A stretch of 64,000 nucleotides of DNA from Symbiobacterium thermophilum (GCA_020725145.1 DYFO01000002.1:7777-71776); one strand, 5' to 3'. Positions 46,251-56,322 are shown, counted from the stretch's first letter. Notes: generated by a model from the letters alone, not told the origin. Numbers and translations are program-made.

Positions 46251-47093
46251 TCACTGCCTCCTGCGGGACCCGGGGGTCCGGTACTGTAACAGGAAACCGG
46301 ACACCGGCGTGCTGTGCAAAAGCGAAGTCAGCATCTCCTCGAGCGACCGTGCGTCAAGGTGCCGGATCAGCTTGCCGCCGCAGGCGAGCGAGATGGCCCC
46401 CGTTTCCTCGGACACCACGATGGCGACCGCATCCGATTCCTCGGTGATGCCCAGGGCAGCGCGATGACGCGTGCCCAGTTCGCGCGAGAGTTCGGCCGCC
46501 TGGGCCAGAGGCAAAAAGCAGCTGGCGGCCGCCACCCGGTCGCCACGGATGATGACCGCCCCGTCATGCAACGGGGTGGTGGGAACGAAGATGTTCACTA
46601 AAAACTCCGGGGAGACCACCCCGTCGATCTTGGTGCCGGTCTCGATCACGTCCTTGAGCCCTATCTCGCGTTCAAGCACAATGATGGCCCCCGTCTTGCT
46701 CCGACTGAGATTGTCGACGGCCTTGACCACCGTGCTGACCAGCTGGGCCATCTCCTCCTCCCCAAGAAAGGCAAGGGGACGGGCGAACAGCTTACCCCTG
46801 CCCAGCTGCTCGAGAACGCGGCGGAGCTCGGGCTGGAAGACGACCAACATGGCGACGATCAGCCAGAGCTGGAACTTCTCGAGCAGCCAGTGGATGGTGT
46901 AAAGCCGCAGCCACCCGCTGACCGGCGTGGCCACGACCAGCACTAAAACCCCTTTGAGCAACTGGACGGCCCGCGTGCCGCGGATGATCGACATCAGGCG
47001 GTACAGGACGTAGGCGACGATGGCCACGTCCACGACCGCAAGGCAGAGCTCCAAGAGGCTCAACCCGGTGACCTGGGAGAGCAAAGCCGCCAC
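46251..47093 (-). CDS. cdaA: Diadenylate cyclase CdaA
   Basis: 280 aa with three N-terminal TM helices and a DAC domain containing TGAIIVLERE, DGAVIIRGDRV and RHRAALGITEESDAVAIVVSEETG. Confidence 0.9.
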   Translation of the reverse strand: MAALLSQVTGLSLLELCLAVVDVAIVAYVLYRLMSIIRGTRAVQLLKGVLVLVVATPVSGWLRLYTIHWLLEKFQLWLIVAMLVVFQPELRRVLEQLGRGKLFARPLAFLGEEEMAQLVSTVVKAVDNLSRSKTGAIIVLEREIGLKDVIETGTKIDGVVSPEFLVNIFVPTTPLHDGAVIIRGDRVAAASCFLPLAQAAELSRELGTRHRAALGITEESDAVAIVVSEETGAISLACGGKLIRHLDARSLEEMLTSLLHSTPVSGFLLQYRTPGSRRRQ

Positions 47094-47181
47094 CTCGGCA
47101 GCGGCAGGGCCGCAGGCTCCGAAACCCTTTCTACGGTGCCGTCGCCCGCACCTTCCCCGAACGCGGGGATTTGACGACCCC

Positions 47182-47967
47182 TCAAGCGCGACCGATTATG
47201 TAACGCAGGGGGTCGACCTCCTCCCGCAGGAGGACCAGCTCCTCGGGGTCCGGAGGCCTCGATTCAACCAGTTCCTCGGCCCATAGCAACTCGAAGCCGG
47301 TATTGCGCTCAACATCCTCGCGCGTCACTCCGGGATGAAGGCTCTCCACCCGCATGCGCAGGGTTTCAGGGTCGAAGCCGATGACGGCAAGCTGCGTTAT
47401 GACCTTGTACGGCCCGGTTCCGGGCGGGAGCCCGGCCGCCTCGCGGGCTCCGGGTCCCGTGAGATAGCCGGGAGTGGTGACGAAATCGAGACGGGGAGTG
47501 AAGCGGCGACGATCTTGCGGCGTGATCATCATCGTCTTCCAGCTAAGTGATGCAAGGTCGTTGGCGCCGCCGCTGCCCGGGAAGCGCACCGTCGGTCGGC
47601 GATGATCGCCAATGCAGGTGGAGTTGATGTTTCCGTACATATCGATCTGCGCGCCACCGAGGAAGGTGTAGTCGACCATGCCCCGCTGGCAGGCCTCCAT
47701 GATCTCGGGCATGCTGCCGGCCGCTATGCCCTTGTAGAAGGTCCGCGAGTCCCCCACGGAGATAGGCATGGACGGCAGGAGGGGTCCCATACCTCCCGCC
47801 TCGAACATGATCATGAGGTTGGGAGCGTGGGTGCGCTGGGCGAGCATGGCGGCCGCGCAAGGCGCGCCCGTGCCCACCACCACCGTGCTGCCGTCCTCCA
47901 GGTAACGGGCGGCAAGGCAGATCATCAACTCCATAGCATTGTAATCTCGCTTCTCAGCAGTTCCCAC
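47182..47967 (-). CDS. CoA-transferase subunit B (family I, glutaconate/3-oxoacid type)
   Basis: 261 aa, including MFEAGGMG and FPGSGGANDLASL-type segments. Confidence 0.75.
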   Translation of the reverse strand: MGTAEKRDYNAMELMICLAARYLEDGSTVVVGTGAPCAAAMLAQRTHAPNLMIMFEAGGMGPLLPSMPISVGDSRTFYKGIAAGSMPEIMEACQRGMVDYTFLGGAQIDMYGNINSTCIGDHRRPTVRFPGSGGANDLASLSWKTMMITPQDRRRFTPRLDFVTTPGYLTGPGAREAAGLPPGTGPYKVITQLAVIGFDPETLRMRVESLHPGVTREDVERNTGFELLWAEELVESRPPDPEELVLLREEVDPLRYIIGRA

Positions 47968-48928
47968 GCCGGTCCAGGCCTCCCCTACCAGGGAAATGCT
48001 CGAGCCACCGCAGCCGCTGCAAGCGCCTTATCCCCCCGCACAGCTCGAGGTAGGCGGGGAAATCGGGTGTGTCGAGGATGTATCTTCGCACGAAGGCGGC
48101 GAGGGTCTCGGGATCCTCCTCCGCCCGCAGCCACTCCTGCAGGTGCTCCTCATCCGAGTAGTACTCGTACGGCATGTTCCCCGGGTAGCTGCCGTAGGGC
48201 ACCTCCACCACCGCATCCACGCAGTAGTAGGGGATGACGGTGCGGGTCGGCTCCCTGCGTATCTCCGCGTTGGAGATGATCCGCTCCGCGCTGACGATCA
48301 CCCGTCGGCCCGCCCGGGCAAGATCGTGATCGGAGATCATGATCCCCTCGATCTGGCAGTTGCCGTAGGGATCCGCGCGGTGCACATGTACGAGCGCCAC
48401 ATCGGGGTACAGCGCGGGCAGCGCCGCAAGGCGGATCCCGGTGAAGGGGCAGCGGATCTCCATGGCGGCGCTGCGCCCACCCGTGTCCGTCCCCAACATC
48501 ACCCGGGCGGGCAGGAAAGGCACCCCCATCGCCGCGGCCTTGTACCGCCAGGCCAGTGCGGCATTGCTCCACTCGGTTACCGCCACCCGTCCCTCCTCGA
48601 AGGCACGTCGGGAGTGCCGTGACAACCCTCTGGCCTCCAGACCCACCACGTAGGCCACGTCGCACCGGTCCACGCAGTGGCCGGCCATGAGGATCTGGCA
48701 ATCGTGGGTGGCGGTATGGCCGGACAGACCCAGTCGCTTTCTGCCCTGGCGAACCACCTCGTGCAAAAGCGCGGTAGGAATGCGATTGGCCCCGAATCCA
48801 CCCACGCCGATGTAGTCGCCGTCGTGTACGAACCGGGCTACCGCTTCGGACACCGTGGTGAGCTTTGGCTCCATTCGCCTTGATTTTCCACGAAAGAACT
48901 CCCGCGCCGCGTCCACATCGGGCGACAT
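47954..48928 (-). CDS. CoA-transferase subunit A (family I)
   Basis: Only the C-terminal ~324 aa of the 436-aa track ORF looks real (MSPDVDAAREFFRGKSRRMEPKLTTVSEAVARFVHDGDYIGVGGFG...). An alternative ATG is at 49030. Confidence 0.7.
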   Translation of the reverse strand: MSPDVDAAREFFRGKSRRMEPKLTTVSEAVARFVHDGDYIGVGGFGANRIPTALLHEVVRQGRKRLGLSGHTATHDCQILMAGHCVDRCDVAYVVGLEARGLSRHSRRAFEEGRVAVTEWSNAALAWRYKAAAMGVPFLPARVMLGTDTGGRSAAMEIRCPFTGIRLAALPALYPDVALVHVHRADPYGNCQIEGIMISDHDLARAGRRVIVSAERIISNAEIRREPTRTVIPYYCVDAVVEVPYGSYPGNMPYEYYSDEEHLQEWLRAEEDPETLAAFVRRYILDTPDFPAYLELCGGIRRLQRLRWLEHFPGRGGLDRRGNC

Positions 48929-49026
48929 GAACAGCTGGCCGTCGCCCAGGGGCTGCGCGCCGAGTCCGGAATCGTCCTGGGTGTTGAAGCCTTCCCGCAA
49001 CTTTGTGCCTCCCCGCGGGCCGGGAT

Positions 49027-50181
49027 TCATCCCTGGCACCCGAGTTGTCTTGCGATCACCAGTCGCTGGATCTCCGAGGTCCCCTCGCCGATGGTCATCA
49101 GTTTGGCGTCCCGGAGGTAACGCTCCACGGGATACTCGGCCATGTAACCGTACCCTCCGTGGATCTGAACCGCCTCGAGGGCCGCACGGACACAGACCTC
49201 CGAGGCGAAGAGCTTGGCCATTGCCGCTTCCCGGGTGAACGGCCGGCCCTGGTCTTTCAGCCATGCCGCCCGCCAGGTGGCCAGCCGGGCCAGTTCTATC
49301 TCGGTAGCCATGTCCGCCAGTTTGAACTGGATAGCCTGGAAGCTGGCAATCGGCTTGCCGAACTGGACGCGCTGGCGGGCGTACGCCAATGACGCGTCCA
49401 GGCAGGCCTGGGCAATACCTACCGACAACGCGGCCACGCTGATGCGGCCGCCGTCCAGCACTTGCAAAAACTGCCGGAAGCCCTCCCCGGCCGAGCCCAG
49501 AATGTGATCGGCGGGGACGCGGCAGTCCTCAAACGACAGCTCGACCGTGTCCGACGCCCGTAAGCCCAGCTTCTTGTAGCTGGCTCCCACCCGGAAGCCA
49601 GGGGTGCCGGCGGGCACCACCAGGTTGGAGATCCCCCGGGTCCCCTTCCCCTTCTCGGTGACGGCGGTGATCACCACGACCCCGGCCCGCGATCCGTTGG
49701 TGATGAAGCATTTGGAGCCGTTGATGACCCAGTGGTCGCCGTCGAGTACGGCGCGAGTCTCGGTGGCGGCGGCATCAGAGCCCGCATTGGGCTCGGTGAG
49801 CGCGAAAGCCGCAAGCATTTCGCCCCGAGCGCAAGGCGCGAGCCAGCGACGCCTTTGTTCCTCGGTTCCGAAGCGCCAAAAAGGCGACGCGCCCAGGGAG
49901 ACGTGGGCGGCGTAGGTGATGCCGAGCGACCCCGATGCCCTGCCGATCTCCTCGACCGCCAGCACATACGACAGGTAATCGGCTCCCACGCCGCCGTACT
50001 CCTCGGGGAAGGGAAGCCCGAAAAGATCAAGCTCGCTCATGGCGGCGAAGATGCTTTCGGGCAGCCGTTCTTCCTCGTCCCAGGCGGCGGCGTGAGGCAT
50101 GATCTCACGCTCGGCGAACTCCCTCACCGCGCGTCGGATCATCTGATGCTCCTCGCCCAGTTCAAAGTCCAGCGCCGACAC
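49027..50181 (-). CDS. Acyl-CoA dehydrogenase
   Basis: [24 protein letters not shown]..., with the GITNG/FITNG and YEGTSEIQ-type ([15 protein letters not shown]) motifs. Probable GTG start at 50181. Confidence 0.85.
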   Translation of the reverse strand: MSALDFELGEEHQMIRRAVREFAEREIMPHAAAWDEEERLPESIFAAMSELDLFGLPFPEEYGGVGADYLSYVLAVEEIGRASGSLGITYAAHVSLGASPFWRFGTEEQRRRWLAPCARGEMLAAFALTEPNAGSDAAATETRAVLDGDHWVINGSKCFITNGSRAGVVVITAVTEKGKGTRGISNLVVPAGTPGFRVGASYKKLGLRASDTVELSFEDCRVPADHILGSAGEGFRQFLQVLDGGRISVAALSVGIAQACLDASLAYARQRVQFGKPIASFQAIQFKLADMATEIELARLATWRAAWLKDQGRPFTREAAMAKLFASEVCVRAALEAVQIHGGYGYMAEYPVERYLRDAKLMTIGEGTSEIQRLVIARQLGCQG

Positions 50182-50248
50182 CCCCCCTTGGCGATGTTGG
50201 CAGCCAGCGTCCCGAAGCAGACGCTCCGGGACGCTGGCTGCCGCTTGC

Positions 50249-50719
50249 TCAGACAACGGGTTTGAAGTAGGCTATGTCCAAGATGGAGCCCGTCCGCCGC
50301 GCAGGCGGGAGGAAGACGGCTTCCACCTCCATGCCGATGTACACGTCGGATGCCGCCACCTCGCCAAGGCGGTGCACGATCCCTCCCCCGGAGCCGTTGA
50401 TGCGCACGAAGGCGTAAAGTTCCGGTGTCGCAAGCCGGCGGCCGTCGAGGTCGAAGTGGGCGACCGTGAACGTGTGCACCGTTCCCCTGGCCTCGAGGTC
50501 ACGGTAGTCGGCAGTCTTGGCAAAGCAACGCTCGCAGTACAGCCGAGGCGGCAGGTAGTCGGTGCCGCAGTCGGGACAGACGCAGGCCACCAGACGCCCG
50601 CGGTCCTTGATGGCGCGGAAGAAAACCTCGCCCGCCACCCCAACGGTGTACACATGCTCTATCGGCACAGCACCCGACCAGGTCCTCACCTCTTCGGGAT
50701 TGGTGATCCGCTCCAGCAT
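50249..50719 (-). CDS. DUF35 OB-fold/Zn-ribbon protein (thiolase-associated), copy 2
   Basis: 156 aa with the Zn-ribbon [18 protein letters not shown] followed by an OB-fold-like C-terminus. Confidence 0.75.
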   Translation of the reverse strand: MLERITNPEEVRTWSGAVPIEHVYTVGVAGEVFFRAIKDRGRLVACVCPDCGTDYLPPRLYCERCFAKTADYRDLEARGTVHTFTVAHFDLDGRRLATPELYAFVRINGSGGGIVHRLGEVAASDVYIGMEVEAVFLPPARRTGSILDIAYFKPVV

Positions 50720-51240
50720 CAGCCCACCTCCTCTGCGATCGGCTTCCAGTAGCGGATGTCGGTGATGGCCCCCTCGCGCTCTTCGACCTGCTTCCAGACC
50801 GCCTTCACCCGCATACCGATACGCACGTCCTCCGGCCTGACCTCACCCAGAAGATGCATGATGCCCATGCCGGGCGAGGCTCCGTCGACATGGATGACCG
50901 CGGGGAGCTGGGGCTCGGTGAGACGGGCGACGTCCCAGCGAACGTAACACACCGAGAACGTGTTCACGGTGCCCGTGTCCTGGACGTAGACCCATTCGTC
51001 GGTGGGGCGGAAACACTCCTCGCAGAACATCCTGGGCGGAAGGAGGATCCGGTCGCAACCCCGGCAACGGCGGGCTATCAACCTGCCCGCTTTCAGCTCG
51101 CGCAGGTAACGTCCGATGGCCACTCCCGCATCCCAGGCGTATTCCGCCCGGACCCGGTGCCTCACCGTGAGCACCCGACCCTCCTCCAAGTCTTTGGAGC
51201 CAAGCGCGGTGCCGGGCCACTCCTTGATGTTGACGCTCAT
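50719..51240 (-). CDS. DUF35 OB-fold/Zn-ribbon protein (thiolase-associated), copy 1
   Basis: 173 aa with CRGCDRILLPPRMFCEEC. Its stop shares one nucleotide with the next start. Confidence 0.75.
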   Translation of the reverse strand: MSVNIKEWPGTALGSKDLEEGRVLTVRHRVRAEYAWDAGVAIGRYLRELKAGRLIARRCRGCDRILLPPRMFCEECFRPTDEWVYVQDTGTVNTFSVCYVRWDVARLTEPQLPAVIHVDGASPGMGIMHLLGEVRPEDVRIGMRVKAVWKQVEEREGAITDIRYWKPIAEEVG

Positions 51241-51255
51241 GGTTTGCCCCCCCTC

Positions 51256-52413
51256 TCAGACCCCCAGGATGATCACCGTGCCCACCTGCATTAGATCGCC
51301 CCAGGCCTGGGCCAGACCCCGCCGCGGGGTCCCCGGGACCTGCCGCTTCCCCGCCTCGCCCCGGAGCTGCCAGAAAAGCTCGCACACCTTCATCAGGCCG
51401 GCGGCGGCGATGGGGTTACCCACTCCCAAAAGACCCCCGGAAGGGCACACGGGCAGATCGCCATCGCGCTGGGTTACGCCGTCGGCGGTCAACCGTGCGG
51501 CTTCTCCCCGCTTGCACAAGAGCAATCCTTCGAGGTGATGGAGTTCCTTGTAGTCAAAGGGGTCGTAGGGCTCCACGATGTGGATCTCTTTGCGGGGTTC
51601 ACGGATACCGGCCATCTCGTATGCCATGCGCGCCGCGTACTCAACATAGCGCGGGTAGTAAAGGTCGCGGTTGGTCCAGTACGCGGTATCCAGATGCCAG
51701 CCCACGCCCTCCACCCACACCGGCCGCTCGCTCACCCGCTTGGCCACGTGCTCGGCGCACATGACCACCGCGGCCGCGCCGTCGCTCGCCGGAGAAACGT
51801 CGAGCCGGTTGACGGGCCAGGCCAAAAGCTCCGAGTTGAGTACGTCCTCGACGGTGACCTCCTCCTGCAACTGTGAGCAGGGATGGTCCAGAGCGTTCTT
51901 CTTGTTCTTCACGGCCACCAGGGCGATCTCTTCCTTGGTGATGCCGTGAACCGTCATGTACCGGTTCATCTCCAGCGCGAAGATCCACAGCAGGTTCGGG
52001 CCCAGCGCCCGCTCGGTAGTGTGGTCGAAGATGGTGATGAACGCGCCCTGCGGGTGCGGGTAGGTGGAGGACATCTTCTCCTCGCAGACCACCAGCACGG
52101 TATCGAACTGACCCGATGCGATGTGGTACCAGCCCTGGATCGGGGCGAAAACCCCCGTGGCGCCGCCCACGAAGCAGCGGATGCAGGGCTTGTGCCAGGC
52201 TCCCGAGCCGTCCGACAGGTACTCGCCCTTCATGTGCACGCCGTCAAAGGCGTCCGGCGCGCTGCCGATGACCACCGCGTCCACATCCTTGAGGGTCAGG
52301 CCGGCCGAATCCAGCGCCATCCTGGCCGCCTGCCAGGCCAGCTCCCTACCTGTCTCCTGGGCGCGCCGGACGAACCGGGTCATCCCGGCGCCGACTACGG
52401 CTACCTTCGCCAC
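51256..52413 (-). CDS. Thiolase-like (SCP-x/Ltp-type) protein, copy 2; canonical nucleophilic Cys apparently replaced
   Basis: Probable GTG start at 52413, 6 nt after GGGGAGGG (VAKVAVVGAGMTRF...). Thiolase-fold landmarks are IASGQFDTVLVVCEEKM and SGGLLGVGNPIAAAG. The position aligned to C-A-S-G reads G-A-T-G. Confidence 0.7.
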   Translation of the reverse strand: MAKVAVVGAGMTRFVRRAQETGRELAWQAARMALDSAGLTLKDVDAVVIGSAPDAFDGVHMKGEYLSDGSGAWHKPCIRCFVGGATGVFAPIQGWYHIASGQFDTVLVVCEEKMSSTYPHPQGAFITIFDHTTERALGPNLLWIFALEMNRYMTVHGITKEEIALVAVKNKKNALDHPCSQLQEEVTVEDVLNSELLAWPVNRLDVSPASDGAAAVVMCAEHVAKRVSERPVWVEGVGWHLDTAYWTNRDLYYPRYVEYAARMAYEMAGIREPRKEIHIVEPYDPFDYKELHHLEGLLLCKRGEAARLTADGVTQRDGDLPVCPSGGLLGVGNPIAAAGLMKVCELFWQLRGEAGKRQVPGTPRRGLAQAWGDLMQVGTVIILGV

Positions 52414-52427
52414 CGTTGTCCCTCCCC

Positions 52428-53585
52428 TCAGCCCTTCTCCAGGATGATCACGCAACCGGTGGTGGTCGGGAGGTTGCGCCAGCTCTGGGCCAGACCGCGT
52501 TCCACGCCCGCAAGTTGGCTTGAACCTGCCTGGCCGCGCAACTGCAGGACCACCTCGTAAACCCGGTGCAGCCCCGTGGCCTCCAGAAGGTGTCCCACCC
52601 CCAGGCTTCCTCCAGACACGTTGACCGGAAAATCGCCGTCCGGACCCGTCACCCCGTCCTCGAGCATGTCGGCCGCCTCACCGGGCCGGCACACCCGCAG
52701 GGCTTCCAGGTGCTGCAGCTCCTTGTACGAAAAGGAGTCGTCGACCTCGGCGAAGTCAAGATCCCGGAAGGGGTCGGTTATCCCCGCCATCCGGTAGGCC
52801 TGCTGGGCGGCAAGGCGCGCGTAAACGGCCTCGCCCCATTCCCTGGATTCCAGGGACGGGGTTTCGGTGCACCAGCCGTAACCGGCGATCCATACAGGCT
52901 CGCCGGCCAGGTCGCCCGCCACGCTCTCGGCGGCCACCACCATCACGAAGCAGCCGTCCGCCGGGCGGGCGATGTCGAGCTCCGTCAGCGGATAGAAGGC
53001 AGGCGGAGAGGCCAGCACGTCCTCGACCGATAGCCGGGCGCCGTAGACCGCCCGGGGGTTCGAGATCGCGCATGACCGGTTCTTGCGGACCACCATCGCG
53101 CATTGCTCCCGGGTGGTCCCCGTCTCGAACAGGTAACGGTTCATCTCCAAACCTGCCAGGTAGTGGGGGTGAGCTCCCAGTGGGCGGTTGAAGATCGGGT
53201 CGAAGGCGAACTCCTGGATGTGGTAGGGGGTGCGCATGTCGGAGTGCTTGCTGTGTCCTTCCACAGCCACGATGCGGGCCCGGCCGGTCCGGATTAGCAT
53301 GGCCGCGCAGCCCAAAGCCTGAATGCCGTCCCCCGTCACCGTGTGAACCGGTCTTAAGGCACCCCCGAGCTGGTCGGGGACGTACTCATCGAAGATGCTG
53401 GTACCCTCCCAGAAATCCTCCGAAACGCTGATGAAGCTGTCCACATCCCTGCGGGGGTTGACCCCCGCGTCCTCGTAAGCCCTGGTCGCCGCCTCAAACA
53501 TCAGTTCCTTGTACGAAACCCCGGGAGTGATCGAACGTATGTCCGAATGTCCCACTCCCACGATGGCGACCCTTTCCGGCACCGC
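52428..53585 (-). CDS. Thiolase-like (SCP-x/Ltp-type) protein, copy 1; canonical nucleophilic Cys apparently replaced
   Basis: Probable GTG start at 53585, 7 nt after GGGGAGGTG (VPERVAIVGVGHSDIRS...). Landmarks are LIRTGRARIVAVEGHSK and SGGSLGVGHLLEATG. The position aligned to C-A-S-G reads T-G-D-G. Confidence 0.7.
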   Translation of the reverse strand, partial: AVPERVAIVGVGHSDIRSITPGVSYKELMFEAATRAYEDAGVNPRRDVDSFISVSEDFWEGTSIFDEYVPDQLGGALRPVHTVTGDGIQALGCAAMLIRTGRARIVAVEGHSKHSDMRTPYHIQEFAFDPIFNRPLGAHPHYLAGLEMNRYLFETGTTREQCAMVVRKNRSCAISNPRAVYGARLSVEDVLASPPAFYPLTELDIARPADGCFVMVVAAESVAGDLAGEPVWIAGYGWCTETPSLESREWGEAVYARLAAQQAYRMAGITDPFRDLDFAEVDDSFSYKELQHLEALRVCRPGEAADMLEDGVTGPDGDFPVNVSGGSLGVGHLLEATGLHRVYEVVLQLRGQAGSSQLAGVERGLAQSWRNLPTTTGCVIILEKG

Positions 53586-53710
53586 GTAACACCTCCCCGT
53601 TGCTTCGTCCCCGCGGGTTCCCTGAAGCTGCCGGGCGCCTCGGTAGTTCCGTCCCCGCACCGTCAACTCCTGCCACCTCGCCGGGGACCGCCCCGCCCTG
53701 CTGAAAAGTG

Positions 53711-53720
53711 GCAATATTGC
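53711..53720. promoter_or_regulatory. 10-bp perfect palindrome GCAATATTGC upstream of the thiolase-like operon (possible operator)
   Basis: An AT-rich palindrome in the 151-nt gap, about 125 nt upstream of the GTG at 53585. Confidence 0.25.
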
Positions 53721-53736
53721 GGATGCGGCCGCCCTG

Positions 53737-55371
53737 CTAAAGCAGGAGCGCGCGGTGGCGGAAGTCGGTGTCGAAGGGGTAATCGGCAAGCCATCCAAGA
53801 AAGTTTGCGCCGTAGCGGGCCAGCCATGGCAGCACGTTGAGCACCCGGTCCTGTTGCCGGCCGCACGGGAAAAGGCTTGCCTCCATGCGCCGGAAGTGGC
53901 GCACCACCACGCGGTGCCTGTCGGCATGGACAGCCTGGGTCCGTTGCAGTAGGTAGTCGATCTCCCGCAGTACTCGGCGCAGGTTCTCCGCGGTAAGCGG
54001 CCCGAGCGAGGCGTCCAGCGAGGTCACCGCGCGCTCGATGGACTCGTAGTGCGCCTTAACCGCCTCACGGGCGGCGTTGAAGGCAGCCTCGAAACCGGTC
54101 TCGTCAAGTTCGGCCAATTTGGCGCGGAGCGCCGCCTGCAGCCCTTCCGGCCCAGCTTCGAGGCCGACACCGTAACGGTCCATCAGCCGGCGGACAGAGC
54201 CGTCAACGATGGTCGTCCCGAGCCGAGGCCAAAGCATCGGCATCGAAAGTCCCAGGCCGGCAAATGCCTCTCGCAACTGAGCATGGTAGCCGACCTCACC
54301 CGGTCCGGACACCTGGGCCAACACGGGCAGGACCGACTCCTGGACGAGCGGTCGTGACACCACGCTGGTCGCAAAGCGCCAGGGTTCGCGGCGGGCAAGG
54401 GCGATGGCCTCCTCACGGTTCAGGTGCCATCCCGAGGCGGGAGAACCGACGGCGAAGCCGCCGGGACTGAGGAACAGCGGCAGCCGCTCCCCCGACGTGC
54501 CGGCCATGAACAGCGGAGCCTGCCCGGGACGGTTGCGAAGCGCCGGATGATAGCCGAGGGCGGCGACCGCCTCGGCTCCCTCGGCCACGGCGGCAACGAT
54601 TCTCGGCGATTCCTCCAGGATCCTCGCGAATGCCTCGGCGGTGAGGCGGCGGAAAGCGGGATGCGCGGGGTTGATGAGGACGAGTCCGCGCCGTCCGAAC
54701 AGCCGGGCCATGATACGGGCGAACCAGTCGGCGACGCTCGTGGCCGCGGCGGCCGTCTCCTCGAGCAAGATCAGTACCTCGGCGAGGTGCTCGGACGGCG
54801 GGAGCACCGCGGCCAGCCGCTCGACCACCCCAAGGCCCTGACCCGCGAGAGGGATGGAGTCCACCGGCAGACGCCTGCCCCGCGGAAGGTCGATCTCCAG
54901 GCGAACGGGCATTCCCTCGGCGTCGAGCACCCAGGCGTGATCCACCTCGGTGGTATCGTGATCTTCGGACGCCACCCAAAAACACGGGACCACGGGCACC
55001 GCCAGCCGCCGGCCCAGTTCCCGGGCGAGCCGCAGCACGGTGATCGCCTTGCACACGGTGTAAAGGGGGCCGGTGAGCAGACCTGCCTGCTGTCCCCCAA
55101 TCACCAGCACGCTGCGCGGGTCGCGAAGCGCGGCCAGGCCGGCTTCCACCTCCGCCGCGGATCCCAGCGACCGGTTGTATTCCTCCAGCGCCCGCGCGAG
55201 CCCCTCACGGTCGAACTCCCGGCGGGCGAGATAGGCCAGACGGTGCGACGGCCAAGTTGGATCGCGCGGGTCGTGCTCGAAGCGGCCGGCCAGGCTACTC
55301 GGATGACGGAGGTAGCTCTCGTACAGCGCTTCCGGACAGGGTAGGTCCAACAACTCCCAGGTTATCGGCAA
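53737..55371 (-). CDS. bshC: Bacillithiol biosynthesis cysteine-adding enzyme BshC
   Basis: 544 aa with VIGGQQAGLLTGPLYTVCKAITVLRLAREL and a typical BshC length. Confidence 0.85.
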   Translation of the reverse strand: MPITWELLDLPCPEALYESYLRHPSSLAGRFEHDPRDPTWPSHRLAYLARREFDREGLARALEEYNRSLGSAAEVEAGLAALRDPRSVLVIGGQQAGLLTGPLYTVCKAITVLRLARELGRRLAVPVVPCFWVASEDHDTTEVDHAWVLDAEGMPVRLEIDLPRGRRLPVDSIPLAGQGLGVVERLAAVLPPSEHLAEVLILLEETAAAATSVADWFARIMARLFGRRGLVLINPAHPAFRRLTAEAFARILEESPRIVAAVAEGAEAVAALGYHPALRNRPGQAPLFMAGTSGERLPLFLSPGGFAVGSPASGWHLNREEAIALARREPWRFATSVVSRPLVQESVLPVLAQVSGPGEVGYHAQLREAFAGLGLSMPMLWPRLGTTIVDGSVRRLMDRYGVGLEAGPEGLQAALRAKLAELDETGFEAAFNAAREAVKAHYESIERAVTSLDASLGPLTAENLRRVLREIDYLLQRTQAVHADRHRVVVRHFRRMEASLFPCGRQQDRVLNVLPWLARYGANFLGWLADYPFDTDFRHRALLL

Positions 55372-55441
55372 GGCGGTCCGGCTCCTTCCGCTACCGGGTT
55401 GGCCGGCTACTTCACGCCCGTCGACGGGTTATCCTGCCGCC

Positions 55442-56260
55442 TTAGCCCCGTGCCGTAATCAGGCCCTGCATACGACTGCGGAGGTGGTCGAGGACCTGCC
55501 GGAAGCTTTGCCACACGGGTGGAAAGTGACCCCACGGTCCCCATACCAGTCGGTTGTGGCGCGAGGGGTCCAGCGAGTTCCAGAAGGTGAGGACTGCCTG
55601 CCGGGGGACGATCGGATCGCGCTCACCGTTGATCATCAAGAGGTTGGCGATGCGGGGTGCGTAGGTCAAGGGGTCGACTTCCCGCAGCGCCTCTTTCACC
55701 TGTTCGGGGCCGTAGCCGTGACGCGCAAGGCGCTGGCGGAAGGCTGATGCCATGGGAGAACCGAGGATCAGGCCGGCGAGGTCGCCCGCGCCCACCACCG
55801 ACACTCCAGCCCGTGGGCGCGTGTCCAGACCGAGCACCAGCGCCGCCAGGATGCCGCCCAGGCTGAAGCCGATCACCCCCAGGCGCTCGTCATCGACTTC
55901 CGGCTGGTCCCCCAGCCAGTCAAGGCACGCCTGGACGTCCTGCGCCGCCTGGCGGAATAGCAGGGCACAGGTATCGAGCTCCGCGGAGGCCAGGAGGTCG
56001 GCGGCTACCGCGGCCGGTGAACCCGGACAGCGGTCGCCGTGGAGCGGAAGATCGGGAACCACCACCGAGCAGCCCAGCCGACGCAGCACCAGCGCCGGCA
56101 GCGTGAACTGCTCCTTGCGCATCCCGTAACCGTGCAACAGGACCAGTCCGGGGCCCTTGCCGTGCCCGTTGCGCCGAAGATGCAGGAACGGGACGCGGTC
56201 ATTCCCGGGCCAGGCGGTACTGACCCGACTGCGCAAGACGAAGCGTCCCCGGCACGCCAT
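55442..56260 (-). CDS. Alpha/beta hydrolase (dienelactone hydrolase/prolyl-oligopeptidase-like)
   Basis: 272 aa with LLHGYG and the nucleophile elbow GFSLGG. A late H (GPWGH) is consistent with a catalytic triad. Confidence 0.7.
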   Translation of the reverse strand: MACRGRFVLRSRVSTAWPGNDRVPFLHLRRNGHGKGPGLVLLHGYGMRKEQFTLPALVLRRLGCSVVVPDLPLHGDRCPGSPAAVAADLLASAELDTCALLFRQAAQDVQACLDWLGDQPEVDDERLGVIGFSLGGILAALVLGLDTRPRAGVSVVGAGDLAGLILGSPMASAFRQRLARHGYGPEQVKEALREVDPLTYAPRIANLLMINGERDPIVPRQAVLTFWNSLDPSRHNRLVWGPWGHFPPVWQSFRQVLDHLRSRMQGLITARG

Positions 56261-56322
56261 CTTCCGCGACCCCGTTCCGCCATCTGGATGGGGTTAACGT
56301 GCCTCCGCCTCGTCCCTCCCAT

